Shown here piece after piece: positions 33,493-43,093 of a stretch of 64,000 nt of DNA (its first letter is position 1; each line of letters starts with the position of its first letter). Below the pieces are notes generated by a model, which made no database searches, had not been told where the DNA came from, and saw only the letters and a program-made list of their open reading frames with translations. Position numbers and translations under genes: made by a program. The DNA is taken from NCBI GenBank assembly GCA_038748685.1, contig JBCDIS010000018.1, positions 1 to 64,000 of the forward strand, written 5' to 3'. The DNA comes from Acidobacteriota bacterium (GTDB lineage Bacteria > Acidobacteriota > Thermoanaerobaculia > Multivoradales > J023).

Positions 33493-34350
33493 TCAGGAGC
33501 GACGGCGGAGGAGGACGAAGCCCCCGAGGCCGAGCAGCACCACCAGGATGGAGGCGCCGAGGGTGCCGACGGTCGGGATGTCGGTCGGCGGCACGGAAGG
33601 ACCGGCGGCGGTGCCGAAGACGGTCATCACGATCTGCATCTCGGGGAAGCCGATGTCGCCGGTGGACGTCGGGTCGGTGATGCCGCAGTCGGCGGCGGCG
33701 AGGTAGGACGGGTCGTTCTCACCGAGGCTGTTGGAGCCGATGAAGAACGTGTTGCCATCGGTATCGCCGTCCGGGGTGAAGATCTCGACGATGAGCTCCT
33801 CGCCGGCGGGGACAGTGCCGGTGACGCTCTCGAAGTAGAGAGCCGCGGCCTGATCCGGGACGGAGACGGCGGAGGTGCCGATGGAGGTCAAGTTGGTGAA
33901 CGCCGTGGGGAAGACGCCGGGGGCCGCCGAGAAGAGGTTGAAGTCGGCGGGCTGGACGCCGCCGGCGCCGGCGGTGGCATCCTCGACACCGATCTGCACG
34001 CCGCAAACCTCGAAGTCCTCGGAGATGCCGAAGTCACCGGCGAGGTCGAAGGCGCGGGAGTAGGAGTTGTCGGTGTGGAAGCCGGTCGCCATGCTGTTGC
34101 AGGACACCGAGTTCATGGCCGTGATGGTGGCCGCGTCCACGGACTGGGTGAAGCTGGTGTCACCGCACCCACCGCCCTCGGTCCCGCCGAAGGGGGCCTT
34201 GACATTGGGGTTGGTTCCGAACTGCTCTGCAACGGCCATACCCGAAACGAGCAAGCATGCCGCCGCGGCGACGAAGAAAGTCTTTCTGATCACTGGGGGT
34301 CTCCTCGACTGGTCAGGATTCGTTCCAAACGTCCCGGAAAGATACCGCAT
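33493..34350 (-). CDS. secreted protein with an IPTL-CTERM-type C-terminal sorting signal (exosortase/PEP-CTERM-like)
   Basis: The N-terminal signal peptide is FFVAAAACLLVSGMAVA. The C-terminus DIPTVGTLGASILVVLLGLGGFVLLRRRS has an IPT(L/V) motif, a TM helix and a basic tail, matching the IPTL-CTERM variant of PEP-CTERM signals. The true start may be an internal GTG. Confidence 0.6.
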   Translation of the reverse strand: MRYLSGTFGTNPDQSRRPPVIRKTFFVAAAACLLVSGMAVAEQFGTNPNVKAPFGGTEGGGCGDTSFTQSVDAATITAMNSVSCNSMATGFHTDNSYSRAFDLAGDFGISEDFEVCGVQIGVEDATAGAGGVQPADFNLFSAAPGVFPTAFTNLTSIGTSAVSVPDQAAALYFESVTGTVPAGEELIVEIFTPDGDTDGNTFFIGSNSLGENDPSYLAAADCGITDPTSTGDIGFPEMQIVMTVFGTAAGPSVPPTDIPTVGTLGASILVVLLGLGGFVLLRRRS

Positions 34351-34406
34351 TGGCCGCAGAAGTCAAGATTTCGGCAGTGCCCCGAGGGTCCCGAGAAGGT
34401 CCCGGT

Positions 34407-35228
34407 TCAGGGGAGTGAAGGGCTGACCCGCAGGCCGTTGACTCGGACGGTCGAGATCGACCGCAAATCCTTCACCGTCTCCTCGGACAGGGAGTCCACG
34501 GACAGGCCGTGCCCCTCCGTGCCGAGGTTCTCCTGATCAAAGAAGAGGATCCCACCGACCCGGCGGTAGTTGATCAGTCGCCGGAACCGGAGGCCGCCGG
34601 GGTTGCCGGCGTAGCTGTAGGCGAATTGTTCGAGCCTGGCGGTTTCGGGGTCGAACCAATAGAGGAACTCATCGTCGGCGTCGGTGCTGGATCCCGGCTC
34701 GAAGGTGACCTTGATCCTGTGGAGCTCCCTGCCGCCCCAGCGCTCTTCGCCCAGGTCCTGGATCCGCGCCGAGGGATCCCCCAGTCGGTAGGGGAGAAAG
34801 ACGAAGTAGACCCTGGCCATGGCCCAGTCGGCGAGGGCTTGGCGGCGCTCCGGGGGGATCGCCGTCGGCGTGCCCTGGCTCCACAGCTCGACGGTGTCGT
34901 TGGTCACCCGAACCCGGCGCTGGCCATCGCGGACCTTACCCGCGACGTCGTAGAGGAAGCTCCCGCCGTCCATCTTGGCCAGGACCTCGAAACACCCGGA
35001 CTTGGAACACAGGTTGAAGCGGGTCTCGCTCGCCGTATAGCGCTCACCGCCGTGGAATTGGATGGCGCGGTCGACGATCTCGGGTCGCCCGGAGGCTTCC
35101 GAGGGGGGGGCGGGCAGCGCGAGGAGCGCCAAGATCAGCCAGGGCACGGCCCTCGGGAGTAGGGGGTGGAGGACGGCTTCAACTGGAGCCGAGGGAGAGG
35201 GCACAGGGATCTTGGGGGGAGTGCTCAT
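34407..35228 (-). CDS. secreted hypothetical protein
   Basis: A signal-peptide-like N-terminus (RAVPWLILALLALPAPPSEASG) is followed by a non-repetitive, non-P/R-rich sequence. The start is uncertain because the 5' 50 nt overlap the upstream gene. Confidence 0.5.
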   Translation of the reverse strand: MSTPPKIPVPSPSAPVEAVLHPLLPRAVPWLILALLALPAPPSEASGRPEIVDRAIQFHGGERYTASETRFNLCSKSGCFEVLAKMDGGSFLYDVAGKVRDGQRRVRVTNDTVELWSQGTPTAIPPERRQALADWAMARVYFVFLPYRLGDPSARIQDLGEERWGGRELHRIKVTFEPGSSTDADDEFLYWFDPETARLEQFAYSYAGNPGGLRFRRLINYRRVGGILFFDQENLGTEGHGLSVDSLSEETVKDLRSISTVRVNGLRVSPSLP

Positions 35229-36057
35229 GCCCCGAGCTTACGGGCGTCGGCCCGGCGCGGTTCGCCGGCCCTAGGGACGCGAGTCGATCTTCCGACTGGA
35301 GCAGCTTCCGACGCGCTCCAGCGAACCGTTCGCCGGTGAGGCGTCGCCGTACCGCCACGAGATGCCGACGGGCCCGCTGCAGGAGTCGCGGTTCCGGCGC
35401 CAAGGCGGCGGCCCGCTCGAGGCGGCGGAGGGCGGTCTCGAAGCGTGGGGCCTGGCTTCTCGGGTCCAGAAGCGCGAGGGCGAAGCCGAAGTCGTCGATC
35501 CCGTCGGCGTGGCGGAGCTGATAGACGCGGACCGCGCCCCGCTGGAGCATCGCCGCCCCCAATTGGATCTCGCCCCCGTCGTCCACCTCCCCCTTCAAGA
35601 GGTCCACCGCCGACTGGGCGGCCTTCGCCGCATCCCGGATCCGGCCCAGGTCGAGGAGAAAGGCCGAAAATCTGCGGTGAAGCTCCGCCTCCACCCTGCT
35701 GCGGACCCCGGCCCGCAGCGCGAGCTGGAAAGCGGTTCGAAACAGCGGCTCGGCTTCCGTCTTGAAGCCCGCCAGGCGGTTGGCTTCGGCAAGGAGACCC
35801 AAAGAGCGGGCGAGGAGAGTCCGCCTTTGGCCCGAGTCCGTCAGCTGCTGGGCGAGCGGGGGGGCCACCCGGACCATCGCCAGGGCCGAAGTCGGCTCGG
35901 CGACGATCCGTTCGTCGCAGGCGTCGCAGAAGAGGCTGCACACCTCGGGGGTCCAATAGCGGGGATGTCCGAGCAACGCGCCGGCCTCGGTGGGTAGATC
36001 GAGTCGGCCGAGGAGTCGGCGGGCATAGCGTACGGCGAAGGGATCCCGGTGGCTCAT
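35179..36057 (-). CDS. hypothetical helical protein (TPR-like?)
   Basis: Only the part of ORF 35179..36576 from the ATG at 36057 (MSHRDPFAVRYARRLLGRL...) reads like protein; the upstream 173 codons are P/R-rich. The antisense ORF 35362..35997 was rejected. Confidence 0.45.
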   Translation of the reverse strand: MSHRDPFAVRYARRLLGRLDLPTEAGALLGHPRYWTPEVCSLFCDACDERIVAEPTSALAMVRVAPPLAQQLTDSGQRRTLLARSLGLLAEANRLAGFKTEAEPLFRTAFQLALRAGVRSRVEAELHRRFSAFLLDLGRIRDAAKAAQSAVDLLKGEVDDGGEIQLGAAMLQRGAVRVYQLRHADGIDDFGFALALLDPRSQAPRFETALRRLERAAALAPEPRLLQRARRHLVAVRRRLTGERFAGARRKLLQSEDRLASLGPANRAGPTPVSSGHEHSPQDPCALSLGSS

Positions 36058-36364
36058 TCGATGTCCTTCCTGGGCTGGGGGGCCGGTGCTTCGCCTTCCC
36101 AGGATAGACCCGAGGCTGCCCTGCGGGGGAGCGCGCCGCGGCCCCGCAGGAGGGCAGCGGAGCCGAGGATTCCGCGATCTGAATCGCCCAATGCGCCGTA
36201 GCGGGGACGTTTCGACGGGCCGGGACCCCAAAGGTGGACGTCGACGGCGCGTCGAGGGCTGCGGTGCTCCCGATCCCTGGGCGATGTCACCGCTGGGCGG
36301 TTCGCCGCGGATCGGGGGCCTGGGCCCCGGTTTGGGCCGGGGCGGGAAGGTGGCGGTCGGCGGC

Positions 36365-37651
36365 TCAGGGGAATTCGCTAGACCAGGCGTCCTTGTCCCC
36401 GGATTCGAAGCCGTCGTAGAACACCGTCTCCAGCAGCCGGAAGCCGACGATGGAGTCGCCGTCCCGGGCGGCGGCGTAGACGTGCAGCGCGTCCGGCGCG
36501 ACCGCCAGCGCCACCGGGCCGTCGAGGCCGGAGGCGGGGCCTGGGGCAATGGCCTCGACGAAGTCGAGGCGGCCATCGCCCTGCCTCCGGAAGACGGCGA
36601 TGCCGTCGTCGATGTCGCCGGCGACGAACACCAGGCTTCCGGAGGGGCTGAGGGCGACCGCTTCGGCGCCGTTCAGGCCGTCGACCCCGTCCACACCGTC
36701 GGTGTAGGCGTCGACGAAGGTCAGGCCGAAGCCCTCCTCGAAGCTGCGCTCGAAGACTGCGACGGAGTCGTCCACCCGGCCGGTGACGTAGACGTGTCGG
36801 CCATCGGGGGACACCGCCACCGACGACGCGCGGGCAAGGCCGTCGACGCCGTCGAAGCCGTCGAAGAACGAGCCGAGGAAGGTCAGGTCGTCGGCGGTGC
36901 CGTCGCGCTCGAAGACCGCGAGGGCGTTGTCCGAGCGGGACGCGACGTAGACCCGGTCCCCCAGCGGCGACACCGCCACCGAGGCGGCTCCGTCGAGGCC
37001 GTTGACCCCCGCCACCATGTTCTGCTCCAAGTCGACGAACTGAAGATCGTCCGTGGTGGCGGTGCGGGAGAAGACGGCGAGGGAGTCGTCCATCTGGCCC
37101 GCCACGAAAACGTGGTACCCGTCGGGGGAGACCGCCACCGAGGCGGCTCCGTCGAGCCCGAAAACGCCGCCGATGTTGTTGCTCAGGATGTTGGTGTAGC
37201 GCAAGACGTCGCCGCTGGCGTCGCGGGTGAAGACGGTGAGGGAGTCGTCGATCTCCGCCGTCACATAGACGTGCTTGCCGTCGGGGCTGGCGGCGACGCC
37301 GCGGGCGCCGTCGAGTCCGAACACCCCGTTCACGGAGTCGACGAGGATCTGCCTCGGGTCGAGGCTGGCGTCGTCCGCGCTGGCGTCCCGAAGGAAGACC
37401 ACCAGCGCATCGTCGAGGTTGCCGGTGGCGTAGACCTGATCGCCGCTGGGGGACACGGCGACGCCGCGGGCGCCGTCGAGTCCTTCGGTCACGACGCCGT
37501 CCATGGCGACTTCGAAAAGGCTCAGGAGACCTCCGGCGGCGGGAACCGCGAAGAATGCCACGAGGAGCAGGGTTCGTGCTGTGCTCAGGCCTGACCCGGC
37601 CGGACGGCGGGCGGCTTCGGAGGCTGGGCTCAGGCGTTGGGAATCGGGCAT
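36365..37651 (-). CDS. secreted 7-bladed beta-propeller repeat protein (lactonase-type repeat family)
   Basis: Seven approximately 50-aa repeats of the form GLDGAxxVAVSPDGxHVYVxxxxDDSLAVFxRD. The start is the ATG at 37651 (MPDSQRLSPASEAARRPAGSGLSTARTLLLVAFFAVPAAG, a signal peptide). Confidence 0.7.
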   Translation of the reverse strand: MPDSQRLSPASEAARRPAGSGLSTARTLLLVAFFAVPAAGGLLSLFEVAMDGVVTEGLDGARGVAVSPSGDQVYATGNLDDALVVFLRDASADDASLDPRQILVDSVNGVFGLDGARGVAASPDGKHVYVTAEIDDSLTVFTRDASGDVLRYTNILSNNIGGVFGLDGAASVAVSPDGYHVFVAGQMDDSLAVFSRTATTDDLQFVDLEQNMVAGVNGLDGAASVAVSPLGDRVYVASRSDNALAVFERDGTADDLTFLGSFFDGFDGVDGLARASSVAVSPDGRHVYVTGRVDDSVAVFERSFEEGFGLTFVDAYTDGVDGVDGLNGAEAVALSPSGSLVFVAGDIDDGIAVFRRQGDGRLDFVEAIAPGPASGLDGPVALAVAPDALHVYAAARDGDSIVGFRLLETVFYDGFESGDKDAWSSEFP

Positions 37652-37778
37652 CGTAGGCTCTCCGTCGTGACGCAGGGGATGGAAGCTTCGGGCCGTCGAT
37701 TCGATGGGGGGCCCGGCAGAGATTAAGTCAGCACGTCGAGTGTAGGTGACGCCCGTCTCCGACTCAAGGCGATTCGTG

Positions 37779-39647
37779 TCACCAATGGGGCCGTTCGTCA
37801 TCAGCGCCGACCGTGGCTCCGCCCGGAGCGAGACCGACGACGCCTCCGGCCATGATCCGATCGTGGATCGCCCGCAAACGTCGGGCTTCCTCGGGCTCCC
37901 GGGCGAGCTCCGCCGCCAGCAGGAACGCCTTGGGGTTGAAGGGGTGGAGCGACAAGGCCCGGCGGAGCCAGCGTCGGGCCGTGTCGGGGTCCCCGAGCAG
38001 CCGCGCAGCGGAGGCCATCAGCAAGTAGTCCCGGTGCAGGGTCTTGGTGACCGCCGGCGTCCGCTCGAAGCGGCGCCCCAGGTCCACCACCCGCCGCAGC
38101 GGCCGTACGTCCAGGAGGTGTCCGGTGGACTCGGAGACGGCCCCGGGGACCGAGGGGTCGGAAACGGCGATCGCCCCCGAGGTCGCCGAAAGGTAGGCGC
38201 GCCCGATCCTGGCCGACAGGATCGCCTTCTCCGTGAGGACGTAGGCGTAGAGGATGTGGAGGGCGGCAACGAGGGTGACGCTGAGGGCGACGGCCGTCGA
38301 GGGTCGGCGGCGCCCTGCCGGAGCCTCGGCGTCTTCGGGACGGGCGAAGGCGAGCACCAGGAGGAGAAAGAGCTGGAGCTTGTGGAACGGCATCTCGCTC
38401 ACATAGTCGGTGGCCATGGCGGCGGCCAGGGCAACGACCTGGGCCCACAGCCATGCGTCCCCCGGGGAGCCCCGGGTCCAGTAGCGGCGTGCCGGTGACA
38501 GCGCCGCCAGAGCGAGAACGGCGCTCCAGAGAACGAGACCCGGCCATCCGCCCTCCCCCAGCATCTGGACGTGATCGCTGTGGGCCCGGCGAACCTGAAA
38601 GCCCTGGGAGAACGACCGGGCCGGGTCGAATCGGCGAAACAGTGGGTAGTGGGTCTGCCAGTCGCCGAGGCCGACCCCCAGCGGATGGGCGCGGACCATC
38701 TCCAAGGTGTTGCGCAGGTAGGTGCCCCGGTCGCTGGTCCAATACGCGGTGGGGGACGCCGCCACCTCCAGGGCTGAGGTCGCCCGGAGCCGGGCCCTGG
38801 GGTCCGCCGCGAGGACGACGGCGAAAAGAACCAGCGCCGCGATGGGGAGCCAGCGGCGGGCGGCGTGCCCGGAGGATCCGTCGGCGCCGACCCGCAGCCC
38901 CCGCCACAGGGTCAGGGCGACCCAGGCGCCGGCGCCGATCACCAGGCCGAGGTAGGCGCTGCGGCTCCCCAGCAGCGCCAGGTACACCAGCTCCGCCGCC
39001 AGCAGACCGCCCCAGCGGAGGGCGGCGAAGCCGCGGGAGCCGGCGGCCCGCTCCGCCACCAGGAACAGCTGCCCGAGGAGCGCCAGGGCCATGGGGTTCT
39101 TGTATCCGAACAGAGAAGGGAAAGACCCGCCGAGGTGCGGGTCGATGGGGGCCAGCCAGGGGAGCGCCACAGCCCGCTGGAGAAAGCCCACCGCCGTCGC
39201 CAGGGCGAGTCCGGCGATCAGCCCGTCGCCGATCCAGCGGGGGACCTCGGGCCGCCGAACGCACCACCCCAACAGCACCACGAGGAGGGGAAAAAGGAGG
39301 GCGAGCTGGAGACCTTCGTAGGCCAGATTCTCGGGGACCCGGGTCCAAAGGTGGCCGGTGGCGAGCCAGGCCAGCCAGGCGGAGAGCACCAGCAGCGGCG
39401 TGCGGTGCAGCACCGCCCATAGGTCCCGTCGCCGGGGGCCGCCGAGGCGCGGGGCGAGCCACGCGGAGGCCGCCAGAAAGCCCCATCCCACCGCCAGGGC
39501 CGCCGCGTGCTTCGGCTCCCGGTAGAGCACCGACGTGACGACGCCGTTCTCGTGGATCGGCAGGAACGAAACGGCGGGCAGCGCACCCAGGGCGCGTAGG
39601 TGCCAGCGCAGCCAGCGGTCCCCCGCGGGGCCCCGGGGTGCGCTCAC
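37779..39647 (-). CDS. O-antigen ligase / Wzy_C-family polytopic membrane protein with a C-terminal TPR-like soluble domain
   Basis: Only the 3' 622 codons of ORF 37779..42251 read as protein. Multiple TM helices carry the Wzy_C-like motif RAHSDHVQMLGEGGWPGLVLW, and the C-terminus is TPR-like. There is no ATG before TM1, so the proposed start is the GTG at 39647, which overlaps the TGA of the upstream gene (GTGA). Confidence 0.6.
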   Translation of the reverse strand: MSAPRGPAGDRWLRWHLRALGALPAVSFLPIHENGVVTSVLYREPKHAAALAVGWGFLAASAWLAPRLGGPRRRDLWAVLHRTPLLVLSAWLAWLATGHLWTRVPENLAYEGLQLALLFPLLVVLLGWCVRRPEVPRWIGDGLIAGLALATAVGFLQRAVALPWLAPIDPHLGGSFPSLFGYKNPMALALLGQLFLVAERAAGSRGFAALRWGGLLAAELVYLALLGSRSAYLGLVIGAGAWVALTLWRGLRVGADGSSGHAARRWLPIAALVLFAVVLAADPRARLRATSALEVAASPTAYWTSDRGTYLRNTLEMVRAHPLGVGLGDWQTHYPLFRRFDPARSFSQGFQVRRAHSDHVQMLGEGGWPGLVLWSAVLALAALSPARRYWTRGSPGDAWLWAQVVALAAAMATDYVSEMPFHKLQLFLLLVLAFARPEDAEAPAGRRRPSTAVALSVTLVAALHILYAYVLTEKAILSARIGRAYLSATSGAIAVSDPSVPGAVSESTGHLLDVRPLRRVVDLGRRFERTPAVTKTLHRDYLLMASAARLLGDPDTARRWLRRALSLHPFNPKAFLLAAELAREPEEARRLRAIHDRIMAGGVVGLAPGGATVGADDERPHW

Positions 39648-42487
39648 CTCGGTTCCGATCCGTCGGCCGACGGGGGATCGATCTCGAGGGCCTCGAGGGG
39701 GCGCGGCGCGGTCGGACCCTGCCCCACTGAACTCTGCCCCACTGAACCCTGCTCCACTGAATCCTGCGCTCCGTGGCCGCTGGTCGATTCCGAAGCCGCC
39801 GGTAGGGTCCAGATCAGGGTGACAGCCATCAGGATCCACCAGGGCCACCCTCGGCGGGGCCACGGGGCCACCAGCAGCCAGAACAGGGGAAAGAGTACGG
39901 CCATGGCGGACGCTGCTGCGGTCCCCGGACCGAGGGGCAGGGCCCCCGCGCCTAGGGTTGGGGCGGCGACCAGCCAGCCGCAGGCGCCGCACAGGGTGAC
40001 GAACAGGGCGAACCTCCGGGGCTCGTCGCGTCCGACGGCGAAGAGGGCGACCGCCACCAGGGCTCCGGGGAACAGGCCGAGCCAGCCGGTTCGGGGGTCG
40101 AGGATCGAGGCCCAGGCCCGCTGCCAGATGCCGAGTTCCAGATCCACCGTCCCCCGGGCCCAGGGCGTTGCCCAAGGGGCGAGCCCCCGTGCCGCCGCCG
40201 CCGCCGCGAGGGCGCCTGCGGCGATGGCGACGAGGGGGACGGCGCGGCGATCCTTCGCCACGGCCCCCGCGATCAGCACCAGCGGCGCCGCCAGGGCCGG
40301 GGTGGCGACGGCGGAGTCGGTGGACCAGGCCAACGCCGGAGGGAGGGCCAGGAGGGCCCCCCACAGTCCACCGGTCCAAGCGCCGGAAGTCCCCGAGGGC
40401 AGGGCCCCGGAGCCCCGATGGATCCAAGCTGTGACCGGCCAGAACAGGGCGGCGGCGCCTAGGACCTCCCAGCCTCCGGAGAGCGCCAGGGCCGGGAGGA
40501 TCGAGGCCAGGAGGAAGACCGTCGGTACCCAAGGGGGACTCTCCGCGGCCCCCGACGCGCGACCCGCGCGGTGGATCATTGCGGCGAGGAGCGCCAGGGC
40601 CACCAGACCCAAACCGCCGAGGGCTCTTCCGCCGTTCACCGCCCTGAAGGCAAAGGCCGCCGGGGTCGTCCCCTGCGGCAGCAGAGGCTCCAGCGCCCCT
40701 TCGACCCGCGGGCCGACGTAGAGATCCTGGATCAGCACCCGGGCCGGGGTCGCGACCTCGGAACGGATGGCGAAGGCGACCCGCCGTGCCCGTTCGAGGG
40801 GCACGCCGTCGAGGCGTCGGTCGCCCCGCTCCAAGACCCACCGGCGGGTCCGCTCCGCGGCGAAGGCCCCAGGACCCAGGAGGGCGAGGGTCGCGCCCTC
40901 GTCGTCCAGAAGCCGAAGGCGGAACTGGCAGTCTTCGGAGCCGCGGGACGGAAGAAAGCGCATCACCATCTTGAAGTCGCCGTCGAGGCCGGGGATGGAG
41001 TACGAGCGCTCGACCCATTCCCCCGAAGACACCAGCCGCAGGGGTTCCCGCGCCGCGGTGACCTGCGGGCGGGGGGTACCGGCGGGGGGCAGGTGGACCC
41101 GCCATCCCTGGTTCCCTGCTCCGTAGGGCCAGATCGCGAGGGGCCGGTCCGGGTCCGTTCGCCATCGGGCCACCTCGTGGCGCCAGCTCGGTCTCTCGAC
41201 GAGGCTGCCCTCGGTACGACCCAAGGAGCTGGAGGGAACTTCTTCGAAGTACGAGCCGGTCCCCACCATGAGGGCGATGCCCAAGAGGAGACGGCAGGCC
41301 CAGCGGGGGACGGGGCGGTGGGACCAGGCCCCCGCGACGAGGGAGAGGAGCAGCGCCAGGCCGGGCACGACGGCGTACCGCCGGGCCGGCAGGGCCGGTC
41401 CGGCGGCGAGGGCGACGGTCCCCGCCAGCCATACGAAGGCGAAGGGTAGCCAGCGGGTCCTGGCGGGCAGAGACCGCCAAAGCCAAAGGACGAGGCCGAC
41501 GAGGGCGACCGCGGACACCCAGCCCGCCAGCCTCAGGTAGGGCTGGCCGAGGGCGTCGGCCCTCGGCCCCACCGCCGGCAGAAGGCCGAGGACCCTGGCG
41601 AGGCCCACAGCCAGATCCTCCCCGAGGAGGGCTTGGACGACGTCGAGGTGGACGATTCTGGCGAGCCGGGGCCCCATCCCGCCGCCGGTGAAGCGGTCGA
41701 GGGAAAGCCCCAGCACCAGATCGGTCCAGAAAAACACCGCTGCCTGGAGACCGGCGGTGGCGGTGGCGAGGAGGGCCAGCAGGCGGGTCCTCGGGCCGGG
41801 CTCGGCGACGAAGGCCCGCCAGAGGAAGAAGGGAGCCAGGAAACAGGTGTACGGCCCCGACAGGGCCCCGAGGGTGACGATGGCGACATAGCTGGCGCAA
41901 CGGCGGCGGGATACGGATCCCACGTCCTCCGCCAGGATCAGCAGGGCGGCGACGGCCAGGAACACCTGGGAGTTGATGGTATTGAGCCAGACCTCGCTCA
42001 CCAGGGGCGGCGCCAAGACCATCACCAGGCAGGCGACGACCCTCTGATCGCGGGCGACCCCGAGCCGCGAGCGCCCGCCGAGGAGGATCCAGAGGGGGGT
42101 CAGCTGGACCGCGAAGGCGGCGGCGGTGGTGATCCAGGGCGCCGCCCACAGGGGCACCAGGCGGGTCGCCAGCACCGCCGGCAGATTCGCCGCGAGGTTG
42201 AGGTAGCCGGCGGGGCCGGAGGTGGTGGGGACCAGGAACAGGCTCCGCCACACGCCGTGGTCACGGGCGTAGGCGAGGTAGACGGTGGCCTCCTCGGCCC
42301 ACAGGCGTGGGTCCCAGAGGAGCACCGGCGCCCGGGCCGCGATCAGAGCGGCCCCCGCCAGCAGTCCGAGCCATAGCCAGGCTCGGGTCTCCGGCTGCCC
42401 CCGAAGCTCGCCTGGGGGAGACCCTGAGGCCGGATGCTCCCCGGCCGTCGAGGCTAGGGCGTCTCGGTCGCGGGGGGTCGACGTCAT
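39644..42487 (-). CDS. large (947 aa) polytopic membrane protein: N-terminal GT-C-like (PMT/ArnT-type) glycosyltransferase-like domain, central soluble region, second C-terminal membrane domain
   Basis: Start at the ATG at 42487 (MTSTPRDRD...). About 12 N-terminal TM helices (WLWLGLLAGAALIAARAPVLLWDPRLWAEEATVYLAYARDHGVW...) are followed by a soluble region of about 200 aa. Then come 8 more TM helices and a C-terminal repeat (EQGSVGQSSVGQG). Confidence 0.6.
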   Translation of the reverse strand: MTSTPRDRDALASTAGEHPASGSPPGELRGQPETRAWLWLGLLAGAALIAARAPVLLWDPRLWAEEATVYLAYARDHGVWRSLFLVPTTSGPAGYLNLAANLPAVLATRLVPLWAAPWITTAAAFAVQLTPLWILLGGRSRLGVARDQRVVACLVMVLAPPLVSEVWLNTINSQVFLAVAALLILAEDVGSVSRRRCASYVAIVTLGALSGPYTCFLAPFFLWRAFVAEPGPRTRLLALLATATAGLQAAVFFWTDLVLGLSLDRFTGGGMGPRLARIVHLDVVQALLGEDLAVGLARVLGLLPAVGPRADALGQPYLRLAGWVSAVALVGLVLWLWRSLPARTRWLPFAFVWLAGTVALAAGPALPARRYAVVPGLALLLSLVAGAWSHRPVPRWACRLLLGIALMVGTGSYFEEVPSSSLGRTEGSLVERPSWRHEVARWRTDPDRPLAIWPYGAGNQGWRVHLPPAGTPRPQVTAAREPLRLVSSGEWVERSYSIPGLDGDFKMVMRFLPSRGSEDCQFRLRLLDDEGATLALLGPGAFAAERTRRWVLERGDRRLDGVPLERARRVAFAIRSEVATPARVLIQDLYVGPRVEGALEPLLPQGTTPAAFAFRAVNGGRALGGLGLVALALLAAMIHRAGRASGAAESPPWVPTVFLLASILPALALSGGWEVLGAAALFWPVTAWIHRGSGALPSGTSGAWTGGLWGALLALPPALAWSTDSAVATPALAAPLVLIAGAVAKDRRAVPLVAIAAGALAAAAAARGLAPWATPWARGTVDLELGIWQRAWASILDPRTGWLGLFPGALVAVALFAVGRDEPRRFALFVTLCGACGWLVAAPTLGAGALPLGPGTAAASAMAVLFPLFWLLVAPWPRRGWPWWILMAVTLIWTLPAASESTSGHGAQDSVEQGSVGQSSVGQGPTAPRPLEALEIDPPSADGSEPR

Positions 42488-42527
42488 GGAACCTGGAAAC
42501 CGCCGCCGTCGACGGCGCCCGGGCGTT

Positions 42528-43001
42528 TCAGATCGAGCCGGGCTCGGAGCCGTCCTTGGGGAGCTCCCGCTCGGCGAGCTCGAAGCGGCGCTCCACCCTC
42601 TTGACGTGGCGGGCCTCACCTTCGGTCAGGCGACCGTCGGAGGCGATCAGCTCGTGGCAGGCGACCAGGGCCCGCCTGCGGGCTTCGGCGGTGCCGAGCC
42701 GGTGCGAGATCCCGTCGAGATACTCGCCGGCGAGGTTGTCGTCCTCCAGCACGTCGCGGGCGCGGGTGACCGCCGCTTCGAGGAAGGTGGGAAGGGGGGT
42801 GACGGCGTCCCACGGGAGATCCCGGGTATGGCCCTCGATGGTGTCCCGCTCGGCGAGGGCAAGGTGTCGATCGACGTACATGGTCCAGACCAGCAGGTCG
42901 ACGAGGGCCTCCCGCTGGGCCTGGGCGAGGGTTGGGGAAGCGTCGGGCTCCGCGGCGCTGCCGGATCGAAGGAGCGCCAACAGGCGATCGAAGACGGTCA
43001 T
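42528..43001 (-). CDS. TerB-like / tellurite-resistance-TerB-family small protein
   Basis: Two helical repeats with conserved acidic residues of the form DxxxDGxLxxxExxxL (VDLLVWTMYVDRHLALAERDTI and LIASDGRLTEGEARHV). Confidence 0.45.
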   Translation of the reverse strand: MTVFDRLLALLRSGSAAEPDASPTLAQAQREALVDLLVWTMYVDRHLALAERDTIEGHTRDLPWDAVTPLPTFLEAAVTRARDVLEDDNLAGEYLDGISHRLGTAEARRRALVACHELIASDGRLTEGEARHVKRVERRFELAERELPKDGSEPGSI

Positions 43002-43093
43002 GGGATCCTCCGGTATTTGAGGGGGGAGGATAGCAGCGTTCCACCGCCGCGGACCGGCGGGGCCCGTTTAGGGGCCTGCTGTAGAGTGTGAGA

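Noticed and set aside
35362-35997. 211-aa plus-strand ORF
   Set aside because: It is antisense to the better-supported minus-strand gene (35179..36057), and its composition is Gly/Arg/Glu-rich.
37801-39486. 561-aa minus-strand ORF and the P/R-rich 5' 868 codons of ORF 37779..42251
   Set aside because: They are shadow frames of the GT-C-like and ligase-like genes. They have a proline/arginine composition of the kind only wrong frames in GC-rich DNA produce.
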